NCBI GenBank assembly: GCA_964556145.1
Contig: CAZKVD010000001.1
Location: 8,379-72,378 of the forward strand
Reading direction: 5' to 3'
Origin: an uncultured Bifidobacterium sp.
GTDB lineage: Bacteria; Actinomycetota; Acidimicrobiia; Acidimicrobiales; Ilumatobacteraceae
DNA: 64,000 bases
Below the pieces are notes generated by a model that was not told the origin of the DNA, ran no database searches, and was given only the letters and a program-made list of their open reading frames with translations. Of this stretch, positions 1 to 7,682 are shown piece by piece; the stretch's first letter is position 1; each line of letters opens with the position of its first letter. The position numbers were made by a program, and so were the translations under genes.

Positions 1-511
1 TCGTGGTGCCGATGAAGATCTCATCGGGAATTCCGAGGATGCGCCGGATGTCTTTTTCGAACACGCCGTGCAACGTGGTGAACGCGGCACCCAGGCCCAG
101 CGCACGGGCCGCAACAACCAGGTTCTGGCTGGCGGCATAGACCGCCGAGTACATGAACGTCTCGCGAGGTGCGTCAGCGGGATAGATGTTGCGGCCGCAC
201 ACGAAGATGATGCAGGGGAAGTTGCCCATGTTCTCGCCCAGGTTGCGGGCTCCGGCCAGTGTCCGCTTGTCGACCGCGCTCTCCGGAACGGGCATCTTCG
301 CAACCCTTTCGGCGAACGGCTTGAACAAATCGCCGATCTGGCGACGCACGTCGGCATCGGTGACGACGACGAAGTCCCAGCCCTGCGTGTTGTTCGGGCT
401 GCTCGCACGCGTGGCGGCCCACAGCACCTTGTCGATCAACTCTTGGGGAACCGGGTCGGGTTTGAAAAAGCGCATTGCGCGCGCGGTGCCCATTGCTTCG
501 AAGACGTCCAT
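1..511 (-). CDS. nitroreductase-family protein (N-terminal part; 3' end lies beyond the left window edge)
   Basis: Minus-strand frame is open from the window edge up to the ATG (complement of 509-511). My translation is MDVFEAMGTARAMRFFKPDPVPQELIDKVLWAATRASSPNNTQGWDFVVVTDADV..., typical of the nitroreductase fold. It is absent from the ORF track because no stop lies inside the window. Confidence 0.65.
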   Translation of the reverse strand, partial: MDVFEAMGTARAMRFFKPDPVPQELIDKVLWAATRASSPNNTQGWDFVVVTDADVRRQIGDLFKPFAERVAKMPVPESAVDKRTLAGARNLGENMGNFPCIIFVCGRNIYPADAPRETFMYSAVYAASQNLVVAARALGLGAAFTTLHGVFEKDIRRILGIPDEIFIGTT

Positions 512-543
512 GGCCCCTATCGTGCCAAATGGAGGACACAGGA

Positions 544-1050
544 ATGGCAGGCGAGACCCACAAGTTCGAAACGGGCCTGATCGTCGGGCGTTTTCACCCG
601 CCGCACCTGGGCCATTCCTGGTTCATCGACGAGGCAGCCGCTCGCTGCGAACGCCTCGTTGTCTTCGTGAACACGCGCGAAGGTGAAACGGTGCCGGGAA
701 CGCTGCGCGCGCAGTGGCTGGCCGATCTTCACCCGCGCGTCACGGTGCGTCAGGTTGCGCACAACCTGAACACCGACTGGAACGACGAGGAACTGTGGGC
801 AAAGTGGATTGCACTCTTTCGTGGTCACTGGCCCCACGAAGTCGGTCCACACGCGGTGTTTTCGTCCGATCCGTACGTCGACGAGCTTGCCCGACGACTG
901 CAAGCCGAAGCGGTGATCGTCGACGAACCACGCGTGAACGTTCCGATCAGCGCCACCCAGATACGCAACGACCCACTCGGCAACCTCGGGATGCTTGCTC
1001 CGTCGGTGCGCGAGTGGGTCGAAACGAATCACCGGCTGTTCGGCCGGTGA
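544..1050 (+). CDS. NadR/NMN-adenylyltransferase-like nucleotidyltransferase
   Basis: ORF 475..1050. Start chosen at ATG 544, 8 nt after GGAGGA. Contains the HxGH motif (GRFHPPHLGH) and ISATQIR (ISxTxxR) of the cytidylyl/adenylyltransferase superfamily. Confidence 0.7.
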   Translation: MAGETHKFETGLIVGRFHPPHLGHSWFIDEAAARCERLVVFVNTREGETVPGTLRAQWLADLHPRVTVRQVAHNLNTDWNDEELWAKWIALFRGHWPHEVGPHAVFSSDPYVDELARRLQAEAVIVDEPRVNVPISATQIRNDPLGNLGMLAPSVREWVETNHRLFGR

Positions 1051-1053
1051 CGG

Positions 1054-1692
1054 TTACTTCTTGTTCGGCTGGGGCAAAACGCGCAGGTAGGGCTTCACCG
1101 TCTTCCAGCCACCGGGGAACAAGGTCTTGGCCTCGTCGTCGCTGACGGCTGCGCCGATGATGACGTCGTCGCCGTCCTTCCAGTTAGCCGGTGTTGCCAC
1201 CTTGTAATTGGCGGTCAACTGCAGCGAGTCGATGACGCGCAGCACTTCGTCGAAGTTGCGGCCGGTCGACGCGGGGTAGGTGATGGTGAGCTTGACCTTC
1301 TTGTCGGGTCCGATGACGAACACCGAGCGCACGGTCAACGTGTCGTTTGCGTTCGGGTGGATCATGTCGTAGAGGTCGCTGACCTTGCGGTCGGGGTCGC
1401 CGATCATCGGGAAGTTGACCGGTGTGCCCTGTGTTTCACCGATGTCACCTTCCCACTTCAGGTGCGAATCAACCGGGTCGACCGACAGGCCGATGACCTT
1501 GACGTTGCGCTTGTCGAACTCGGGCTTGATCTTTGCGACGTAACCAAGTTCGGTGGTGCACACCGGGGTGAAGTCCTTGGGGTGGGAAAAGAGAACGCCC
1601 CACGAGCTGCCGAGCCATTCGTGGAATGAGATCGTGCCCTGGGTGGTCTCTGCAGTGAAATCGGGTGCGGTATCGCCAAGTCGTAGTGCCAT
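1054..1692 (-). CDS. 1-Cys peroxiredoxin (Prx6-type, AhpC/TSA family)
   Basis: ORF 1054..1713. Start taken at MALRLGDTAPDF. Active-site motif HPKDFTPVCTTELG. Confidence 0.9.
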   Translation of the reverse strand: MALRLGDTAPDFTAETTQGTISFHEWLGSSWGVLFSHPKDFTPVCTTELGYVAKIKPEFDKRNVKVIGLSVDPVDSHLKWEGDIGETQGTPVNFPMIGDPDRKVSDLYDMIHPNANDTLTVRSVFVIGPDKKVKLTITYPASTGRNFDEVLRVIDSLQLTANYKVATPANWKDGDDVIIGAAVSDDEAKTLFPGGWKTVKPYLRVLPQPNKK

Positions 1693-1710
1693 GGGCGGCA
1701 GGATAACGCG

Positions 1711-1741
1711 CAAAACAGAAAACCCGACAACTTTGGTCGGG
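1711..1741 (-). terminator. intrinsic terminator downstream of the TetR gene
   Basis: On the minus strand, CCCGAC-caaagtt-GTCGGG is followed by TTTTCTGTTTTG, immediately after the stop at 1744. Confidence 0.6.
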
Positions 1742-1743
1742 AT

Positions 1744-2337
1744 TTAGATCCCCCGAATTGCCGCGGCGGCAAGACGCCCAACCGATGCAACCATGTCGTC
1801 AACACTTCGTCCGGCGGGGATCTTGCGTGACAGCGGCCCGTCGAGGAGCAGCGTTGCGGTGCCATGGACCTGTGACCACAACAGAACCGCCAGGTCGAAA
1901 GCGTCGATCTCGGAGATGTCGGCCGGTCCAACCCGGCGCACGAGCATCATCAATGCCCCCATCGCGCGATCGGCAGCCGCTTTGGCCCCGGCGTGGGTTT
2001 CGACCATGCACAGTTCGGGCCGGAACATGATGCGGAAATGGGCCGGGTGGGCGAGGGCAAAGTTCACGTAGGCGATGAAGCACGTCTCGGCGGGCTCGCC
2101 CGGGCCGGCCAAGGCGGACGTCATTGCCTCGCTCAGTTTGTCGAAACCCTGAATGGCGATGTGGGCCAGAACGTCGCCGCGGTCGGCGAAGTAGTGGTAG
2201 GGCGCCTGGTGCGAAACCCCCGCACGACGCGCAACTTCACGCATCGACAGTGCCCCCAAGCCCTCGGACTCGACAATGTCAACGGCCGCGGCGATGACTG
2301 CGTCGCGAACGTTTCCCTCTGCTGCCGCCGGTCCCAC
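1744..2337 (-). CDS. TetR-family transcriptional regulator
   Basis: N-terminal HTH LSMREVARRAGVSHQAPYHYF. Divergent from the MFS exporter gene. Confidence 0.9.
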   Translation of the reverse strand: MGPAAAEGNVRDAVIAAAVDIVESEGLGALSMREVARRAGVSHQAPYHYFADRGDVLAHIAIQGFDKLSEAMTSALAGPGEPAETCFIAYVNFALAHPAHFRIMFRPELCMVETHAGAKAAADRAMGALMMLVRRVGPADISEIDAFDLAVLLWSQVHGTATLLLDGPLSRKIPAGRSVDDMVASVGRLAAAAIRGI

Positions 2338-2395
2338 GCGGGCAGTTTAAACAGCGTACTTGACAGCGTCAAGCAAAACCTAGACACTGTCAGGT

Positions 2396-3943
2396 ATGAA
2401 CATCACCGACCCCCGCGTGCACGCTCGTCGCTGGCAGATCCTCGCCGTGCTCTGCCTGTCGCTTTTTCTCGTTGTCGTCGACAACCTCATCGTCAACGTC
2501 GCGTTGCCCACGCTGTCGCGCGAACTGAACGCCGGCACGTCGGCCCTGCAGTGGATCGTCGACTCGTACAGCCTCGTCTTCGCAGGTCTGCTTCTCGCCG
2601 CAGGCGGCATCGGTGACCGCTTCGGCCGGAAGGGAACGCTGCAGATCGGCCTCGTCCTCTTTGCCGCGTGTTCAACATTTGCTGCGTTCTCGGGTTCGAC
2701 GAGTGCGCTCATCTTCTGGCGAGGTGCGATGGGTGTTGGTGCCGCACTTGTCTTCCCCGCGACACTCGCGATCGTCACCAACGTTTTCACCGACCCCGTC
2801 GAGCGTGCGAAGGCCATCGGTGTGTGGTCGGCGGTATCAGGTGCCGCCGTTGCGTTCGGCCCGGTCATGGGCGGACTCTTGCTCGAGCACTTCTGGTGGG
2901 GTTCGGTGTTTCTCATCAACGTGCCGATCGTGGCCATTGCGCTGATTCTGGGTCACCGCCTCGTGCCGACGTCGAAGGATCCGTCGGGCCATCACATCGA
3001 ACCACTCGGATTCGTTCTGTCGATTGCGATGATTGGCCTGCTCGTCTACACCGTGATCGAGGGACCGCACCAAGGGTGGGCATCGGCCACGACTCTTTTC
3101 AGTTTCGCCTTCGTTGCCGTACTTCTCGCGTCATTCATTGCCTGGGAACTGCACGTTGCAAACCCGCTTCTCGACGTGCGCACGTTCCGCAACGCACGTT
3201 TCAGCGCGGGTTCAATGGCGATCTTCATCGCGTTCTTTGCACTCTTCGGTTTCACATTCCTCGTGACCCAGTACTTCCAATACGTGCGCGGCTACTCGAC
3301 GCTCAGTGCGGGTCTGCACACCCTGCCGTTCGCAATCGGCGCGGGCGTCACCGCACCATCGGCGGCGCGTCTGGCACTGCGCTTCGGCACCAAGCGTGTC
3401 GTGTCGTGGGGGCTGTTCTCGATGGCAATCGGCCTCAGCGTTGCCTCGCAGATCGATGGCGGCACGTCGTACTGGGCCGTCATCGTTCCATCGATGTTGT
3501 TCCTTGCATCGGGTCTTGCCTGTGTCACTTCTCCGGCCACCGAGGCTGTGATGGGTTCGGTCACGCGCGAAAAAGCGGGTGTGGCCTCGGCGGTCAACGA
3601 CACAGCGCGCGAAGTCGGCGGAACCCTCGGCGTTGCCGTGGTGGGCAGCGTGTTTGCCTCGCTGTACGGCCCGAAGATCGTCGACAACCTTGCCGGATTG
3701 CCGATTCCCGACGAGGCCCTCGACGCGGCCGAAGGGTCGATGGCAGCAGCATTGATCGTGGCCGAACGAGCCCCCGCCGCCGGAGCACAGGCAATCGTGG
3801 CCGCAGCACGCGACGCGTTCATGAGCGGCTGGATGACCGCCTGTCTCGTTGCAGTCGGTGTGGCGCTGGTGGGCAGCGTGCTGACGCTCGTGTTCCTGCC
3901 CAATCGCGCGGCTTCGCAAGAAACAGCTACCGAAGCGGCTTGA
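2396..3943 (+). CDS. MFS transporter, 14-TMS drug:H+ antiporter (EmrB/QacA-like)
   Basis: 515 aa, highly hydrophobic, with the MFS motif GGIGDRFGRKGTL. Divergent TetR partner. Confidence 0.9.
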   Translation: MNITDPRVHARRWQILAVLCLSLFLVVVDNLIVNVALPTLSRELNAGTSALQWIVDSYSLVFAGLLLAAGGIGDRFGRKGTLQIGLVLFAACSTFAAFSGSTSALIFWRGAMGVGAALVFPATLAIVTNVFTDPVERAKAIGVWSAVSGAAVAFGPVMGGLLLEHFWWGSVFLINVPIVAIALILGHRLVPTSKDPSGHHIEPLGFVLSIAMIGLLVYTVIEGPHQGWASATTLFSFAFVAVLLASFIAWELHVANPLLDVRTFRNARFSAGSMAIFIAFFALFGFTFLVTQYFQYVRGYSTLSAGLHTLPFAIGAGVTAPSAARLALRFGTKRVVSWGLFSMAIGLSVASQIDGGTSYWAVIVPSMLFLASGLACVTSPATEAVMGSVTREKAGVASAVNDTAREVGGTLGVAVVGSVFASLYGPKIVDNLAGLPIPDEALDAAEGSMAAALIVAERAPAAGAQAIVAAARDAFMSGWMTACLVAVGVALVGSVLTLVFLPNRAASQETATEAA

Positions 3944-3997
3944 TCGCCTCGAGCAGCTCTTCGAGGTCGTCGACAATCGTTGCCAAAGCGCTGTTCA

Positions 3998-4291
3998 TCA
4001 ACGTCCGTGTTCGACGTGGGAGTCGGAGCCTCTGGCGAGCATTAGTGGCGCGACTGCCCGGGCGAGTTCGTCACCGTGTCGGTGTCGAATTCGTTCGATC
4101 GCCAGCTCCGTGGAACTCGCAGAGGGGAAGCGCCGAGTCAGAAAGTCATCTTCGGCTTGGTGCATCCATTTTTGTCGTTGTTCGGCCATTGCCAGCCGCT
4201 CGGAGATCGACTTTCGGCGAATCGCAGCGATTTGGAGCTTCCACACTTCGAGCGAAGTGTCAGCGGGAACCGCGGCGCAGTCGAAGGACAT
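3998..4291 (-). CDS. hypothetical small protein (97 aa)
   Basis: ORF lies 43 nt downstream of the MMPL gene on the same strand. Composition looks protein-like, but I recognise no family. Confidence 0.35.
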   Translation of the reverse strand: MSFDCAAVPADTSLEVWKLQIAAIRRKSISERLAMAEQRQKWMHQAEDDFLTRRFPSASSTELAIERIRHRHGDELARAVAPLMLARGSDSHVEHGR

Positions 4292-4333
4292 AGGGGCATC
4301 GTAGCGAGGGGGTGCAGCCCCCTCGCTCGAGCG

Positions 4334-6484
4334 TCAGTGGCTGAATTCGACCTTGGGCAACACGCGGTCGAGCCACTTGGGCAAGTACCAGGTCTTGTCG
4401 CCGAGAAGACCGAAGAGTGATGGCACCAACATCATTCGGATCAGCGTCGCGTCGAGGAGAACCGCGACGGCCAGGGTGATGCCGAGCTCCGTCGGAGGAA
4501 TGGGGCCGGTCACGCCGAAGGCGATGAACACCACGATCATGATGAGTGCAGCATCGGTGATGGGCCGACCCGTGCGTGCGATGCCCTCGCGGATCGCGAG
4601 TTGCGAATCACCCGTTGCATCGTGGTGCTCCTTGATCGAAGCCAACAGGAACAACTGGTAATCCATCGACAGGCCGAACAACAACGCAAAGAAGAAGAGC
4701 GGCGCCCAGGCATTGATGAACCCTTGCTCCTCGATGCCGATCAGGTTCGCACCGATGCCGTGCTGGAACACGATTGTTGCGAAACCGAAGCTGGCCGCAA
4801 CCGAGATGAGATTCATCACCACCGATGCGATTGCGATGGTGATGCTGCGGAACACGACGAGCAGCAACACGAATGCAACGAGCATGATGAGCGCCACTGC
4901 CAGTGGGAACGAACCAATCAGTGCATCGGTGAGGTCGCCGTTCTGGGATCCCGGTCCTCCGACGAGGGCCGAGGGCGACACTTCAGCAACCGCACTGCGC
5001 AGGCGTGCAACGGTGTCATCGGTGGCATTGTCGGACGGGCCGGTCTTCGGAAATGCACGAATGGCGAGGCGCCCGCTCTGCGCTGGTTCGGTGACGATGC
5101 CGACCTGGACGATGTTCGGATCCTTGCCGACGACGTCGACGATTGCTTGTGCGTCGGCTGCGGGGGCGGTGATGAAGAGAGGGGCCACTCCACCGTCGCC
5201 GAACGCAGCAACTGCAGCGTCGTAGCCGTCGCGACTCTGCGCGCCGCGGTCGACCACGCGTGCATCGGGCATACCGAGGTCCATGCCGATTGCGGGTGCG
5301 GCCAATCCGAGCAGAAGGAAAAGGCCGAGAGCAAGCGTGCGGCGTGGCTTCCACAGTGCCTTCGACGTCCAGCGCGCCCACCGACCCTCGGCGGCGCGGT
5401 CCGGGTCTTCCTTGGCCCGGTTGACGAGAACGCGGTCACCCATCGAAGCGAGAACGGCCGGCAACAGAGTGAAGCTGGCGAGCGAAACCGCAACCACCGA
5501 GAGGATCATGCCGAGCGCCATCGAGCGGAACACCATGATGGGAACGAGGAACAGTGCGGCAAGGGACAGCACAACCGCAAGTGCCGACAAGAACACGGCC
5601 TTTCCTGCGGTGCCGAGCGCGCTCGCCATGGCCTCGCTCGTGTCCTTTCCGTCCTCACGTTCCTCGCGGTAGCGGGTGGTGATGAAGAGGCTGTAGTCGA
5701 TGCCGACCGCGAGGCCGATCATCATCGAAAAGTTCATCGACCACACCGACAAGGGTGTGACGTTGCTGAGGAGATTGATCGATGCCCAACCGATGAAGAT
5801 GCCGGCCACGGCGAGGATCAGGGGAATTCCCGCGGCGATCGCCGAGCCGAAGGCGATGAACAAGAGAATCAGTGTCGGAAGGCCCGACAGCAGCTCGGCC
5901 TTGTGCAACGCCTTTTCGTTCGACTTGTTGAAGTCGTGCCACACGGCCCATTCGCCGGTCACGTTTGCACTGACACCCGCCGGCAATTCCTGCTCGGCGA
6001 CGAAGTGCATCAACTCGCCGGCCGACTCCGGACGATCGGCGTCGACCTCGGCTGCAAGTGCAACGGGAATCAGCGCGGTCTTGCCGTCGGGGGAGATGAG
6101 CCCCGACTCGGCGGGCATCGACGTGGGGTCGATCGCGCCGGCTGCGCCCGGCGCATTCATCAATGCAGCAGCAAGTGTCTTCACCGCATCCGGCGAGTCG
6201 GCGATCGGCTTGTCCTGAACGACAACAACCATTGCTGCCTCGGCTCCGGCCTGGGCAAAGTCGCGACGAAGTTCATCGCGCACATCGACCGCCGTCGAGC
6301 CCTGCGCTTCCCAGCCGGCTCCCGACAGTGCACTGGTCAGCGTGAGTGCCAACGGTGCAGCTGCCACGGTGACCACCGCCCAGAATGCGATCATCGCCCA
6401 GCGGTAGCGAACGGAGAATCGCGCAGTTGCGGGAAGCAGTCCGCGTGCGTGCGTGTGAACTTGAGTTGGGGCGTGCGAGGTCAA
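4334..6484 (-). CDS. MMPL-family (RND superfamily) membrane transporter
   Basis: 716 aa with two 6-TMS bundles separated by soluble loops, typical MMPL architecture. Lies 43 nt downstream of the CsoR-family gene. Confidence 0.85.
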   Translation of the reverse strand: MTSHAPTQVHTHARGLLPATARFSVRYRWAMIAFWAVVTVAAAPLALTLTSALSGAGWEAQGSTAVDVRDELRRDFAQAGAEAAMVVVVQDKPIADSPDAVKTLAAALMNAPGAAGAIDPTSMPAESGLISPDGKTALIPVALAAEVDADRPESAGELMHFVAEQELPAGVSANVTGEWAVWHDFNKSNEKALHKAELLSGLPTLILLFIAFGSAIAAGIPLILAVAGIFIGWASINLLSNVTPLSVWSMNFSMMIGLAVGIDYSLFITTRYREEREDGKDTSEAMASALGTAGKAVFLSALAVVLSLAALFLVPIMVFRSMALGMILSVVAVSLASFTLLPAVLASMGDRVLVNRAKEDPDRAAEGRWARWTSKALWKPRRTLALGLFLLLGLAAPAIGMDLGMPDARVVDRGAQSRDGYDAAVAAFGDGGVAPLFITAPAADAQAIVDVVGKDPNIVQVGIVTEPAQSGRLAIRAFPKTGPSDNATDDTVARLRSAVAEVSPSALVGGPGSQNGDLTDALIGSFPLAVALIMLVAFVLLLVVFRSITIAIASVVMNLISVAASFGFATIVFQHGIGANLIGIEEQGFINAWAPLFFFALLFGLSMDYQLFLLASIKEHHDATGDSQLAIREGIARTGRPITDAALIMIVVFIAFGVTGPIPPTELGITLAVAVLLDATLIRMMLVPSLFGLLGDKTWYLPKWLDRVLPKVEFSH

Positions 6485-6527
6485 GGTGGTGTCGCTTTCG
6501 TGAGTGGCTGAGACGTCGGTCGGCGCG

Positions 6528-6797
6528 CTAGGCGAGCTTCAGGAACATCTTTTGAACATCGTCGATCGAGTAACCCTCGCGGCGTGAGCGTTCGGGGTTG
6601 CCGACGCACCAGGTGAGACCGGCCGCCACGAGATTGAACCCGACCTGCTCGAGGGCCTTGCCAGCAGCGGAGATCTGGTTCACGATCTCGCGGCAGTCGC
6701 GGTCTTCGTCGAGCATTTGCTGGATCCCTCGAACCTGCCCTTCGATCCGGCGAAGACGCTTTTGCAGATCGGCGATGGTGTCCTGTGGGATTTCCAT
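6528..6797 (-). CDS. CsoR/RcnR-family (DUF156) sensor-repressor, Cys-x-Cys type
   Basis: C-terminal 89 aa of ORF 6528..7037: MEIPQDTIADLQKRLRRIEGQVRGIQQMLDEDRDCREIVNQISAAGKALEQVG... Start taken at ATG (complement of 6795-6797) because the longer form overlaps the deacetylase gene. Confidence 0.85.
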   Translation of the reverse strand: MEIPQDTIADLQKRLRRIEGQVRGIQQMLDEDRDCREIVNQISAAGKALEQVGFNLVAAGLTWCVGNPERSRREGYSIDDVQKMFLKLA

Positions 6798-6808
6798 GCG
6801 GTCAGCAT

Positions 6809-6824
6809 ATACCCCCTGGGGTAT
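6809..6824. promoter_or_regulatory. candidate CsoR-family operator (ATACCCC-CT-GGGGTAT)
   Basis: 7-bp perfect inverted repeat, 12 nt upstream of the regulator start codon. G/C-tract palindromes flanked by ATA/TAT are the known CsoR-type operator style. Confidence 0.65.
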
Positions 6825-6838
6825 CAAGGCAAGCCCTG

Positions 6839-7540
6839 TCACCCCTGTGGCACCGCACCTGTCAGGTGGTCGCGGAGCAGCACCGGTTGCAGGCCCGCCT
6901 TCGCTGCAACCCGCAGCACAACCTCGAGGCTTCTCGGCAATGAATCGAGGTAGTGCATCAACACGATGTCGCCACGACGCAGGCCCGAGCCCCCGTCGGA
7001 GCGCACGATCGTTCCCTGGTCGGCGACGACGTTCCACAACACGACACGCGACATCCGGCAGGCCTTGGCCGCGCGAACGGTGTCGTCGTTCCAGCCACCG
7101 CCCGGAGGGCGGAAGAAGGTCGGCGTGCGGCGGATCACCCGCCGTATTTCGCGGGTTCCGGCGCAGATCTCGGCCTTTTGGGCCGCGAACGACATGGTGC
7201 TGACGGTGCGGTGGGTCTGCGAATGATTCTCGAAGGTCATCCCTGTTTGGCGTAACAGGTTGATGAAACGGCGTCGGTTGTGGTTCACCTGTTCGGGCAG
7301 CGCAAACGTCGTGATCGGAATCCGCATGTTGCGGATGTACTGCACCGAACTGCGTGGCAGGTGCGTGCCGTCATCGACCGTGATGAAGAAGATCGGCTTG
7401 TTCGTGCGCACGTGGTCAATGACGTAGTCCGAGGGCCCGGATCCCACGCTGACCGACACCGACCGTGCATGGGAGGTGTCCGGAAGAAAGGCCCAGGCGA
7501 CCAGCACTGCTGCCACGCAATGGATCATTCGTCGACGCAT
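6839..7540 (-). CDS. secreted polysaccharide deacetylase (NodB homology domain, CE4)
   Basis: N-terminal signal peptide. Motifs FFITVDDGTH (DD metal/catalytic motif) and ENHSQTH. Confidence 0.85.
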   Translation of the reverse strand: MRRRMIHCVAAVLVAWAFLPDTSHARSVSVSVGSGPSDYVIDHVRTNKPIFFITVDDGTHLPRSSVQYIRNMRIPITTFALPEQVNHNRRRFINLLRQTGMTFENHSQTHRTVSTMSFAAQKAEICAGTREIRRVIRRTPTFFRPPGGGWNDDTVRAAKACRMSRVVLWNVVADQGTIVRSDGGSGLRRGDIVLMHYLDSLPRSLEVVLRVAAKAGLQPVLLRDHLTGAVPQG

Positions 7541-7579
7541 GTACTGTCACTATGGCAGAACGCCTGCGCCGCGGCCGAG

Positions 7580-7605
7580 CGAACAATTCTTCGCAGAAAG
7601 TGTCC
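7580..7605 (+). promoter_or_regulatory. candidate ECF-type promoter (cGAAC-N17-GTCC)
   Basis: GAAC at 7581-7584 and GTCC at 7602-7605, about 80 nt upstream of the ECF sigma start. The pattern match is weak. Confidence 0.25.
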
Positions 7606-7682
7606 GCCGATCGCGGCTCGGTGGCTCTCTTCGACATGGATCGAGGGAGTCGCGAGGCCGGATGCGGGGTGGTTGGAGCGAA

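Noticed and set aside
2668-4293. 541-aa plus-strand ORF (Arg/Cys/Gly-rich) spanning most of the MFS gene and the following intergenic region
   Set aside because: It is out of frame with the convincing MFS transporter ORF (2396..3943). Its Arg-rich, low-complexity composition is typical of shadow frames in GC-rich DNA.
4601-6511. 636-aa plus-strand ORF opposite the MMPL gene
   Set aside because: It is antisense to a clearly membrane-protein-coding frame. The product is rich in R/H/E/C/G with no hydrophobic or domain pattern.
6798-7037. 80-aa N-terminal extension of the CsoR-family ORF (169-aa version)
   Set aside because: The extension overlaps the 3' end of the polysaccharide deacetylase gene and is Arg/Pro/Gly-rich. 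The internal ATG gives the canonical DUF156 protein of about 90 aa, with the palindromic operator just upstream.
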